From contig NW_026782190.1 of NCBI RefSeq assembly GCF_031769215.1, forward strand, positions 682,001-746,000: a stretch of DNA of 64,000 nt. The letters run 5' to 3'. This stretch comes from Ylistrum balloti (taxonomy: Eukaryota). Under the pieces are notes generated by a model that saw only the letters and a list, made by a program, of their open reading frames with translations, was not told the DNA's origin and made no database searches. Position numbers and translations under genes: made by a program. Shown piece after piece: positions 24,701 through 38,100 of this stretch; position 1 is the first letter of the stretch, and the number at the start of each line of letters is the position of its first letter.

Positions 24701-27700
24701 GAAACAGAATAAGAAGAAGTCGCACTTCATCATTATAACATAAAGTTCTACACCTTATGATATTTGAAATGTACTGAAGCATTATCAGTGGTAAGATAAC
24801 ATGTAAAGTTAAATTTTTAGGTACAACCGTTTGTTCTGTTTTCTCTTGGCGGTACGGCGAGCCCAAGTCGACATCCAGCAATGTTGGGTATTACAGATGC
24901 AGTTCAAACAACGCTTAGTCAGTCGAGAGGAGATGGCCAAATGGCAGCTACGTACTCACATGTCCTTTTTAGTGGATAACCTGCAGTATTACCTACAGGT
25001 AAAGACAGATCCTGATATAGGATAGGTGATGCATGATATTTGATTTTACTGGAACCGTATTTGTCATGTCAAGTTATTAGGGTATAAAATCCAAGCAATT
25101 TCTTTTTTTTATGACCTTAATTGCCTTTTATGTGTGGACAGGCTGATAAGATTGTAATAATAATGTCCACTTAAATAAGCTGAGGGAAGTTTACTTTGTC
25201 TTTCCTGTATTGACATTTTTGAAGAACAGTTAAGATCAATGCTTAAGTAATTATAGATGATATTCACATGTTTTGGAGGAATGATGCAGATCAGTTTTGA
25301 AGTACAACTTAGTAACCTAACTTTTATGGTGATTATGTTCTCCACTCTCTTCAATACACCGGTTGATATTTTAGTTTAGGAAATTGAGGCGAGCTATGAC
25401 TTTTTAATGCTATTTGTTTTTAGGTTGATGTAATAGAGTCACAATATGGAATTCTTGTGGATAAAATTAACTCAACACGAGATTTTGAGGCAGTTCGACT
25501 TGCCCATGACCAGTTCCTATCTGCCTTACTGTCGCAGAGCTTCATCCATAGCAAGCCAGTAGGTAGATCTATTATGCACAGTTGGTATTAGTCAGATTAT
25601 TTTGCTGGCAAAACTCTTATTTAAAATTTTAAAGGCACCAACTTCAGTGTAATTTAACCATATTGGTAACAAAGTTTTTTTTTTGACTTCTGAAGTTAGG
25701 TTTTTTTTTTCTTTTTTTCCTAATTTGAAAAAAAAATGAAGCACTTTTACCCTCAAATGTCTGTGAAACCACAATCTTAAAATTAGATTTAGTGTTCTGA
25801 TAAGCACTAGGTTTGTTTGTGTAAAGTTTGTGTCTGAGTATTTATTTGTGTTATGTATAACTCAGAGTGGTGTAAATGTTATGTCTAAGGACTTGTTTGT
25901 GTTCTGTATAACTGTGAGATTTGCATCAACACTTTAATCTCAAGATTTTTTACATATGATGGATTGGGAAGGTTTGTACATTGACTAGCATAAATTGTAC
26001 AACATACGTGAGGAGCATTACACCAGTATATCAAAAGATCATTTTGATCTGTAATTACCACTTTACTACTTGGAGTTTGACTTAGTGTTAAGCTCTAGAT
26101 TTAGATTTACACAATATTATTCAACACTAGATATATTTATAGTTTGTATTTATCACAATGTTTAGACTTAAACATTAATTTTTAGCACTATGTATAGTTA
26201 GATTTTATATTTATGTTCCTTTAGTTAGACATTGTGTGCAAGTCCATTTCCTTCAGTGCAGGAGTGAATATATGTTTTAGAAACATTTCCTAATTATGAA
26301 AGAAATTTACAAAAGGTGACTATTTTTACAGGTATCTAACTGTTTGAATGAGATTTTAGAGCAGTGTGGAGCCTTTAGTCACTTACTCACCCATTGTGAG
26401 TCGCCTATGTCACAAAGGGAGATTACCCAGCTGCAGTCCATAGGAAAGGTGTGTATCTACATTATTTATTTAGATCTTAATTTATTCATGAAAGCACACA
26501 AATTTCCGGAAAATTTTGTTGATATATCCTAAATTGCTGGTTTACAGTAATAGTGAGTTCTCCAAATACTGATATGTTAGAATATGTATGAAAATATGAA
26601 AATGGCCCAAAGTGAATCTGCATCGAGTACAATTCATGATTTGATTCTAATGAGAAGTTAGAATTTTGAGGAGATATGCAACAAAATTTGGCTATACTTA
26701 AGGGTCTTTTTTATCATCAATAGTTTTTTGACAGATATTAGCTGGAATTCAACATTTGTCAAGGAATTTATGGATCAATTTCTGTCATGCCTGCAATGAG
26801 GAGTCACAAAAGCAGGACTATGATGTTACTTTTTGGTGGTGACATTGTAGTTATTGATATTTTACTTTAAAAGTTTTGTGTTTATATCTTTTATTCAGAC
26901 AGTATAAGTTCAATTTTAACCAAACTTGGTATATAGCTAAATCCCCAAGTGGACATTTCTATCCACTGCTTACAAAATATATTACAGATTTTATAATGCA
27001 GTGGCTCTGAACGATAGGGATGCTAAGAACCAGGACTTTAAAGTTTACTGTTTAGGTCAGTTTCTAGCGAAGTCGAAGTGCTGTTTCAATGAAACCTGAA
27101 TATAGTGCAGTAATGGTGTAGTATGAACATCTGAATGCACGAAATAGGTGTAGTGAATTTAATTTGTTTGGTGTAATTTTTGGACTAAAAACTTCAGAAA
27201 TGACTACAAAATATTTAATGCCTGTGTTTTCCCCACTTCAAATGAGTTTTCCCCCATTTTGAGTACCTAGGGTTAGCAGGACAGTATAACATGTAAAATT
27301 GTTCATGATGCTAGTCTATTTGTTCAACACACAATCTCCAGAACCGAGGGTTACCCAATCTCCAGAACCTAGGGTTAGCAGGACAGTATAACATGTAAAA
27401 TTGTTCATGATGCTAGTCTATTTGTTAAACACAATCTCCAGAACCGAGGGTTAAACACACGATCTCCAGAACTTTGGGTTAGCAGGAGAGTGCTGCCAGT
27501 CTATCTGCTAAACAACCCATCTCCAGAACCTTGGTCTAGCAGGACTGTATAAATCATGTGTAATGACCTGTGTTTGCAGAGTTTCCAGCTGCAGTCCAAC
27601 CTGCTGTTCAAGATCTTGTCTAGTGTAAGAAGTCACAACGCTAGTCCTCATCTGGCCCAGCTACTTCTCAGACTTGACTTCAACAAATACTTTACCACCG

Positions 27701-28133
27701 CTGGGGGTCAGCTTGGCAGGTAGGTTTGCTTAAAAAATACATGTCAGTCTTTACGCCCTCAGCCAAAAAGAGACTACAAAAGATATAGGTAAATGTTCAA
27801 CAGAGACTGATTAGTTGTCTAAGATATCATTTACTTAAAATCTTCTTATTTATTAAACTGTCGTTAGTGACACTTGGTCTTGTTAGCTTCTGGTGATATA
27901 AATGTGCAAGATGCCAGCTTGTTATGTTCAGATAATGTGTTCAAATTATATGATTGGTCAAGCTTGGCAAGATATACAAGACTATTGCAAGAAAATAAAA
28001 CTGTGCAAGGAAATGCTAAGTTAGTATAAAAACATGACATCTTGGGAGTTTGAGCTTCAAATGTATAACAATTTAGAGTTAACATCCACCATATCCTGGT
28101 ATCACTTCAAAGCCATGTTTTTGTAGGTATTGA
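15723..28133 (+). CDS. TUBGCP4: Gamma-tubulin complex component 4, 16 coding exons, ~657 aa
   Basis: Exons: 15723-15797, 15924-16059, 16742-16905, 17961-18017, 18147-18226, 18535-18724, 22008-22185, 22342-22466, 22686-22842, 23463-23567, 23814-23943, 24821-24998, 25424-25558, 26332-26448, 27580-27719, 28127-28133 (last exon inferred; an unspliced read stops at 27721-27723). Motifs MLHEILFALSG, HGCYILD, KQLCSWLLHG, WPLHIFFT, VDVIESQY, LAQLLLRLDFNKYF match GCP4. Confidence 0.95.
16180..16480 (+). mobile_element. Possible degenerate tRNA-derived SINE-like sequence
   Basis: Two tRNA-like segments (GACTTGTAAGCCAGGAGTCTCAGGTTC; GACTAGTAAGCCTGAGATCCCAAGGTTCAAAT) in TUBGCP4 intron 2; no intact cloverleaf. 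Confidence 0.3.
18730..21765 (+). repeat. 77-bp tandem array (~39 units, two related subunits) in TUBGCP4 intron 6
   Basis: Unit ATAAGGGTGTTTCTGGGAGTCACAGGTAGATCGTTATCAGTAAGAAAGTGTGTTTCTTGGTAGATAGTTACATGTAG; period checked at 19381/19458. Confidence 0.97.
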
Positions 28134-31100
28134 ACAGAAGAGATGAAGAAACCGAGGCTTGTCAAAATAGGCTATAGAAACAACAGATTTGTACCAGTAT
28201 AAGGAACTTAAGTGACTAATGAACTCAGCAATACATGACCTAACAAAGGAAAAAATATATATTTATTGTGCTAGATGGAGCTAGATATCCAAGTTTTTTC
28301 CTGACATTAAAATAAACAGTGCTGCAAATGTAAGTTTTTGTTTCTCCACAGAATATTGTACGGATTGGAAATAGTTATCATTTGAAATTGATATTTCTAC
28401 ATTGTTTGTTTATAAAACTTCTATGTAAACACAAAACATTTTTTTTTTGTTTTTCACTAAAAAGAATAAAAATGTGCCATAAAATGACCAATAATGAAGT
28501 GTAAAACACCAGAAAATAATAATGTACCAATGACCAATTATGAATAATTACAAACCATCATCACATCAGATGAGGTTAAACAATCAGATCATTTGCTTCT
28601 CAGAGATAAGAAACTGAAGTGGGCAATGGCTACAAGTTGCTTGAGTAAACTCTTGTTAGGAGTCGTATGTTTCACAAGTCATCTTTGTAAAGTTTCATTA
28701 GGCATGCAATATATTTTCATACTGGACCCAGTTAAAAATTGTTAGGGAAGTTAAAGAGTGATATAATCTGATTGTCATCAACTATATATGCATCAGGAAC
28801 AGCAAGGATATTTTTTAATATTGCCTCAACTATGATTGTTAAAACTGAAAATAATTTTATTCAGCTTTAATATAGGTATTTAACTGTATTTTCCAGAGAA
28901 AGTATCCAATGTCAGTGTAAGTTAGGTCGTTACAACAACAAATTTATTGAATGTCAAACAGATTGAATGTTTCCATGAAATCTTGTCTAAGCTGTAAATT
29001 TTGTCCTAGTGACTTGACGATATGTTTATAAAACAATTTACCAGGCTCACCAAGTTTACCAGCATTGCAAACAAAAGGTGTGTAGTTAACAGTATTAAGG
29101 TCACCATGACCTTAATGTCAAAGGCAGCGACAGAATGAATAGATTGATAGAAGGCAATAAGCATGCAATGTAAATGCAGGTGTTAAAGTGTTGAGATGCA
29201 TTCTGGTTGATTTCGAACGTCGAACTGGCTCAACAACATACCACACGTTCCAGTGGACATGTGGGCACAGTCCTGTAAACAGCATATTGTGCATGCATAG
29301 TAACATCACGTACACATACAAAATGCCTCTATGCATATAGGTATACTATATACATCATATAGACTGTATTGGGACACCTGGGCTCAAATATATATATTTT
29401 GGAGATTATATGAACTCCAGAAATACTAAATCATCATATCTCATGCCAGCAATTTGTGAGGTGTGTCTTGTTTTCCCAGTAATAAGATGAAGTTAGTATA
29501 ATATTAAGATACAGAGTCAATATCTAAAATATAGTACCAGTATTAAGTCAAAGGAAAACACAACAGTTAACTCCCTATCCAATCTGCCTTCTCTTACTTC
29601 TACTTTCACTCTTTCCCTTCTACTGACTTTCATATCTTGTCTGCTGAAAGGCTACAATAGCAGATTTAATGCCTGCTAATAACAACTAGGATCCGTATGG
29701 AACTTGGTCATGAAGCTTCAAGCAAATTGGGAACAATCTTCAAAGTCAAAATGGCTGCTGGAACAATATTGAACATGTTTATAATCTAAGAAAATCTTAT
29801 TTCAATTTCTTGATGATCATGAGTTACAAACTTCAAAGTTAAACATTTCTCTTCGTCAGCAATCTTTGATATTGGATCATATGTGATTGTAGCATTTACA
29901 ACTCAAACTCGAAAATTCTTACAGTTTATTAAAGTTTTCAGTACACCAATGTGTTGGCATTCTGGGAGAGGAAAACACCCCTTTAGTAAATAATCCAAGA
30001 AATCAATACCTCCGATTTAATATAGAGTTCTAATTTGCTCACATTATAACAAACAGAGAATTCATTTTTATTTTTTTTATTCCATTGCTATACCTGATAA
30101 CTGAGATGCATAGGTTTAATATACAAAGCAATTGCTTAACAAAGATGAAGTAAATATAAAGTAGCAATTGGTAAAAACATACAATATAAACATGTACATA
30201 CTCTATTGATATATATTATGTTCAGAATGTAATTAATTGCCTGAAAGCCCAGTAGATTTATAACAAACTATTTTCTCTTACATACCACAAATAACTATTC
30301 AATCATCACCATACTGTTACATATCGTTCCATAAGTCGATAGTACAAAAATAAACTACTTTTCATGAATGAGTGAATATTATACATCAGGTGTGATGGCC
30401 ATTCTTAGTACCTATTCTTATGGTTATTTCACTTCTCTGTTCCAATATTCATTATATCCAATATTCTGTTTATTATGTCTCCTCTTCAAATGAAGGAAGT
30501 GGTAGGGGTTGGTGTCAGTTAAAGCATTTGTCTACATAATATAAAGTGAAGATTCAAGGTATGTTGTTATGACACAAATTACCCATGGTGCTTTGTGTGT
30601 CTCAGAAAGCTAAGAAATGAACTGGTCTATACGTATGTCCTTGGTTAAGACACTTTAATCTCATCATTCTGGATTGAAACACAGGGTGATAAAGCCATTA
30701 AATCAAGTGGAAAGGGAATGAAGGGAGACATATCAGTGCTGGCTTTATCTGGTTCTTCAAGATTATATATATGTTCAAAACTTTACATTTCTTGTCTGGC
30801 CAGTACTTTTAAAGTATGAAGACATTTACTCATGAATGTTGCTGTTCACTATTACCACCCATTGATGAAATGCAGAACATTGAGGTGTCAATGATCATTG
30901 CAACTTTGACCTCAAGGTCAAATAAATGCAAATTTTACAATACAATTCAGTAAGTTAAATTTCTTTATTTACTAATAAATGGAGACATGTTTTTTTCCAC
31001 TAAAACAAATCTCTGATTAAAGATGTCCCTGTATTATTTCACATAGTTCATCTTACCTTTTACACTTTGTAATACACCCATGTCATAAATGTTTTCCATG

Positions 31101-32145
31101 CATACAAGATTTTATGAAACAAGTCTTGAAGTTATTATTTTTATGACCCTTGGTAAGCAAATATTAAAACTTTGAGAAAAGTTTCATAAAATTTCGTATG
31201 AAATGAAAACAAATTTATGATACTTTTTATCATAAAACTCAGAAAAATAACATTTTGACAGGTTTCAAAATCGAAGTGTGGAGGACCAAATCAAACATAT
31301 TCTGATATCACTATCAATTTCTGTCTGGCAATGACAATTGCTACAGGATATATTACATTATTTACACTTGTGATCATACACAAACATTAACAAATCAAAT
31401 GCATAACAAAAACTGAAATAAATGCTGTTATAACACATGATTAACACCAGAATAACATTTCCTTACTAACCTAGTATGACTACTACAAGAACAGATCCTG
31501 TATATTTGTGGTCTCTTTCAATCAATTTTTCAAAATTTAGATTGAAGAAATCTTGAAGTGCATGTCAGTGTGAAATCTTCTTTTGTATACCAAGCAGACA
31601 GCAATCCAAGGAGGAACTATATACACTATGTCTTAAACATGATCTAGACTAGAAAAATTTATTTTACCAGTCGCGGATGACATCTCAACACAGCAAAATA
31701 CTGATATTTCACATTTTATACAAACAATGTAGTGATATTCATGTTATGACTAATAATACAAACTCCTATTTGAGCAGTCATACATGTACATTACAAAAAT
31801 GTACATAATCTCAAAACAGGTCAGTTATAATTATCAATGAACTCTTTCACATGTTCTTTTTATAATGTCAATTTTAAGGGAAAATGTTTCATTTTGAAAG
31901 ATGGACCCAAAAGAAAACCATACCCTGCTTAAACACAACTTAGTCATGTCTGACCACTGTCAACATTCGACTGTTTAGAGTTCACTTTTTGAGAGTACCA
32001 AAGAAACGTTTACTGAGAATACCAACTTTAAACTAGAATTGAATCTGGAGTCACCTCTTAAGTATCCAGGACCTGCTTGACTAGCATTGGTTGATTTTGA
32101 GGTGTCATATGTCCAACCATCCTTTGCCAAGATTAAACTTGAATT

Positions 32146-35100
32146 TCATGTCTCTACATCGCCAAGGTTTGCAACATCATTAGGTTTATCTGCAAGTAGA
32201 AATAATCATGTTGTTTAAAGATTAAGAACTAAATAACAAGCATATATAAGACGTGATGAAACCATGACATAAGATCCCATTATTAACATTGTCAAATTCA
32301 TAAGGAACAAGAGATACCTGGTGGGATCATTGCACCCACCTTCGTTTGATCTTTGATTCTTATTTAACATTTGAATCTTCTCCCTTCCTGTCTTTCCTCT
32401 ATTTATTGCTCTTAATTACATCATACATGAAATAGTAAAATTCCTCTTAAAAACAGCAATATAATTCTTTAACTGCCAAATCGAAGATGGTGGTCTTTCA
32501 GCCATTTTTTTTCCTCTTACTAGCCAAAAAATTCAAAAGAGCACAACAAGGGAAACCTAAAAATGAAATTTGAGAAAAAATCATCTTGTTCTTCTAAAGA
32601 AATAACAGTCAAAATCCAAGATGGCTGCTTGTCAGAGATTTTGTTTTCCTGTATGTTGTCAATCCCAAAATGAGATAATGTACAACTAGGGAGCAAGAGG
32701 AACTTACAAATGAAATTTGAGGATGATCTATCAAGTACTTCCTTAGAAATAGGGAATTCATAACTTATTTAAGGATAGATGAACAACTATGGACCATGAA
32801 TGAAATGTGATTTGAACAGCCCACAATCTGATGATGGTGGTCTAGTGACAGTGCACTTACCTATGCAGCTGTTTTCCTAGTAACAATATACTTACCTAAA
32901 CACCTGTTGTCCTAGTGACAGTATACTTACCTATACACCTGTTGTCCTAGTGACAGTATACTTACCTATACACCTGTTGTCCTAGTGACAGTATACTTAC
33001 CTATACACCTGTTGTCCTAGTAACAATATACTTACCTATACACCTGTTGTCCTGGTAACAATATACTTACCGATACACCTGTTGTCATAGTGACAATATA
33101 CCTACCTATACACCTGTTGTCCTAGTGACAATATACTTACCTATACACCTGTTGTCCTAGTGACAATATACTTACCTATACACCTGTTGTCCTAGTAACA
33201 ATATACTTACCTATACACCTGTTGTCCTAGTAACAATATACTTACCTATACATATGATGTTGTCCTAGTGACAGTATACTTACCTATTCACCTGTTGTCC
33301 TAGTAACAATATACTTACCTATACACCTGTTGTCATAGTGACAATATACCTACCTATACACCTGTTGTCCTAGTGACAATATACTTACCTATACACCTGT
33401 TGTCCTAGTGACAATATACTTACCTATACACCTGTTGTCCTAGTAACAATATACTTACCTATACATATGATGTTGTCCTAGTGACAGTATACTTACCTAT
33501 TCACCTGTTGTCCTAGTAACAATATACTTACCTATACACCTGATGTTGTTGGTTGCCCGAGTGACAGTATGAATCTGTATGCCCTTGTACATTGCTACAC
33601 GGTAACTGTAAGTTTAAAGTTACACAATCATTGTATGTTATCTATGGCTGACAGCTTACTTTAGATAAAATGAGTAATTCATACTGATACTGAACCATTT
33701 TAGTAGGTATGTAATCTGAAAATTTAAACCTACTATATGGTGTAGGTGATGTTAAATGTTTTATTCGGAAGACCTCAGACTTGGAAGTAGATAGATACTT
33801 TAATAATGACCTACAAAAATAATTAGTTGATGTGAAAACTGCAAAATAACATGACCTATTAGCAGAAAACTAAATTCTGTGACTTACACATCACTGTTAT
33901 TTCAGAAATGATATCATTATCTTGTTGACTGTTCAACTAAATTACGACTATTAATTATAGTCAAAAATCTGCGACTAGGATATTGTCTTTAATTGCTATT
34001 AAATATCCCAAATTGTCAGTGATTCAAATATGTGAAATTTCCAGACATACAAATTTCTCGTACTATGATGACTACACATCACTAATCAGAGTAAGTATAC
34101 ATACTTTTCTCCACTGATGGACACCACCACTGTGCCTTTGGGGCTTCGTTTCCTGGTTTTCTCTATCTTTTGGTTCTGCTCTGGTGAGTAGGCATGCCAT
34201 ACATTCTGCTTATCTTCCCATTGCCATATCACATCTGTGGATGACATTGTCGATGTCGACATCAGAGAAGCAGTGTCCGAAAAGGTTTCTGTAATAAACA
34301 TAGGTAAAAGTGACATGTATATAAGTAGAAAGAACAACAAAAAACACGGACAGATCTGCTGGAGCCAAGGAAGTAAAATTTTCTCTGTAATTTTTGTATT
34401 CTAATTAGTTCAGTTTTCCAATGTTGAAGTTACATGAATGTCAAATATCATGAACCCCAAGTCTTAAGGTACTTAAAGACCTATAGTGGTGATGAACACT
34501 GCACCTCTAAAAATAGGGTAAGCTATTAAAACTGCTTAATGTCAGAATGAGGTATGGAGTTTTATACACTATTCCAGACATCTTAACCCAAAAGTGGACT
34601 TACTGATGAGCTAAACTGATCTGTTTCTTCATAAAAATTGTAATTACAGGTTGAGTAATGACAAATATGAATTTACCACTTAAAACATCAAGGCTGGTGT
34701 TCGCCTGACTTCGAGATGTTGATATCAAACTGGATGTGCCGGAAGAGAGGTTTCTGATGCTGTCAGCTCCTACTGCAATCGTTCGTCCTCTGAGGGAGCT
34801 ACAAGGAGAGTCTGTGGGAGACTGTGTCAATACTGAAGATTCTGAGGATAGGGTCATTTTAATCTTAGATGTTTCCAAGTCTGTGGTGGGATGAGATATA
34901 TATGTTCTCTGCTCTTCCGTCAAACTAAATTTTGATTTTGTAAAATCAAGGTTATCATCTCTGACAGCTTCACTATGTCCAGAGCTTCCTGTGACTGGAG
35001 TGCCAACTGAGGCAACAGCTTCAGGTTTACGGAGTGTCCCCACTGCTTCAGGTCCTGGTGTACTCTGTGACAAGGGAACACCAAAGTTAGAGGATTCATT

Positions 35101-38100
35101 ACATTCTACAGAATCCTCTAGACTGATGCTTTGACTGTCACTTTGATATCCAGCAACAGTGTGTGTTATTTCATTTCTTTCACAATGTGTTGCACTGTCA
35201 CCATCAAAATTCTCACTGCTGACTGGCTTGTAGTTTTGACTGGGCAACACTGATGTACAAGAATTGACTTTCTCATCGTCTAAACTGTGTCTCTGGAAAC
35301 TGCCTGAAAGACCTTTTACATCTGGAAGAAGCTGGAATGGCGTGTCTGCCTGCTGGTTACTAGAATAGACTGAAGTATCAAGGTCATGTAGTATTGAACC
35401 TTCAGCATCCTTCACTGTAACATGACCTTCAGTGTCCTTCACTGTGACAACACCTTCAGTTTCCTTCACTGTGACATGACCTACTTCCTTCACTGTTGTG
35501 ATATGACCTTCAGTGTCCTTCACTGTGACATGACCTTCAGCTTCCTTCACTGTGACATGACCTATTTCCTTCTCTGTTGTGACATGACCTTCGGTTTCCT
35601 TCACTGATGTGACATGACCTTCAGTGTCCTTCACTGTGAAATGACCTTCAGTGTCCTTTACTGTGACATGACCTATTTCCTTCACTGATGTGACATGACC
35701 TTCAGTGTCCTTCACTGTGACTTTACCTTCAGTTTCCTTTGCTGTGACATGACCTTCTGTTTCCTTCACTGTGATGGAGTTCAAATCTTCCAAAGGCGAC
35801 TGCTCAGTTAATGCCTCGGGTCCTTCAGTCCTTCGGGGAGGAAGACTTGTGGCAGATTCATTTTTTCTGTTCATGGCTTCAACCAGAGACAACTCTATGC
35901 ATCTTTTTTCATCCTTATCCTCTTCATCCTCTTCTTCATCTGAGAGGCCTTTAGAAGGTTGCATAATATCATAGATTGACATTGATGGAACTTCAAGACG
36001 ATCATCATCATCATCATCATCATCATCGTCATGTGGTATGTCCGGAACAGATGGACATTCTGATAAACTGCTGGATCTAGATGCTAGAAATACCCCTCCT
36101 GTGGCCCCTTCCTCAGCCTGCACACAGATTCTGTGTTCAGCTTGTTGTTTAGCTCGAATTTGATGTACCTCAAATGGGTCACTGATTTAAAAGAAATTAA
36201 AATTTTGTATAAAAATTTTTCAAAATTTTCAAAGGCAATATATTTCAATTAAATGATTTAAGAAGTATATATTGTTGAGTTTAAATTACCCAGTAACATC
36301 ATGAAAATATGTTCACAGCTAATTTTGATTCACTACTCATATTTCCTGTGCTGCTTTCTTGAAAGTTATATTCATGCCAATCTCTACAGAGACTGATGGG
36401 ATAAACAATATGCTGTGTCCATATTGAGCTACATAATGTATACTGTACCAATGCTCAAGTATTTCACAAGTAATCTGCGATTTTCTCAGCGTGAAGGTCT
36501 TACAGTTTTTTATTCATAATGTTTAGTTGCACATTCAGAATTTTGAAAAACTATAATATTATAAAATGATGCTAACTGTACAGAATAAAATGTTTTATAA
36601 AAGTTGAAAATAGGATTTTCCCAATGAATGGTATACTTTTCACATTAACATGCAAAAACCTAATTTATGATAATTGCTTACCATACTTCCACATCCTGTC
36701 TGAGAGTTGCGATATACTTAAATTGTCCTCTGTGACCATTCGGCCATCTTACCTTTGTTTGAAAAAAAGAAAAAAAAATCTCATATGCTAATTGTTCTTC
36801 TACATACACAGTAAAACTTATTTCGAAGGACGAACAAGGTAATATTTTCAAAGAATATGCAGAAAAGTGTATATATAACATGTACATGTAGTAGGAAACA
36901 TTGTTTAGCATTGTTAGGATCTAAAATAAGTTCAGATTTGCAAATGAAGTGTAAAATTGAATCCAAAAAGTGACATTTTGCCATATGTATATAGGATGGT
37001 CACTTCACTGACTTAATTGACTGTCAATTACTAATTCACACAAGTTTATGTCAATTTAACATACGTCATGTATTGACCTTTCACCTACCCAGACTTGCCC
37101 ATCAGGTTTTGTGTGATAAACGGTACCTATCTTTCCAAAACCACCATCCTGGTCATCATACTCCCAATCTATCCCTGCAACAACAAAATCTTCAAATTAG
37201 AGGTGGAAACATCTACCTGACATAAAACTGTCATGAATCTTAAGCAGCTGATATTTATCATCAAGTTACAGGGACAATCACTGGAACATGTGACAATTTT
37301 GTTTTTCATTGTCGCTTGCCAAATAGTCGTGAACTACTCAGACTTGGTTCAAAAATCTTATATAGAAAAGAAACAAACATTGTTAGTAAAAAAATCAAAT
37401 TCACTCATCAAGCAAACCATTTGAATTTATCAGGACCACCTAAAAATTTCTTTTTGAAAACCATCATGGAAAGGCTCGCGTTAACTGTTTTTGAGTGAAG
37501 ATCCACTGCTGTTTAATGGTACACTGCATACCAGAATGTAATCTTATCTGACAGAATAATACAGGTTTACTAAATGCCAGGCCAAAATTGAGCCTCACCA
37601 CGACAGACAACACATCCTGTTGCTATGGTTTCTTCTTGCGTCAGCAGTCGTGGTTCTTCTACAACCACTACATCAAATGCCTGATCGTTACCATAGCGAT
37701 ATTCCCCCTTGTTTGAGCAGTCCCATTCTATCTTTATCCAACCTGTAGGTCAACACAAGAAATATTGTCTGTATTCCAAATCAGTATTTAACTTCAGTAA
37801 AGATGAAATCTCACAATAAAAGAATTCTTGTCAAAATCTACATGGTAAAAGTTGATTTAAAACATTCTTGTGCACATTTAATCAACAAAAATACATTTTG
37901 AACCTGCAAGTATATTTTATCAAAAGATTTTCGTCTACATTCAATCTTGAAAATTAAACTTCTCTGTCAAATATTCATACATGTTTTACATTCAAAGCCT
38001 AAATACCAGTTACACACAATTTACCATTCTAATGTAATGATAGGACTCCTTGTCGTGACCTATAGTAGGACTCATCATTCTTATCATGACTAATGATAGG

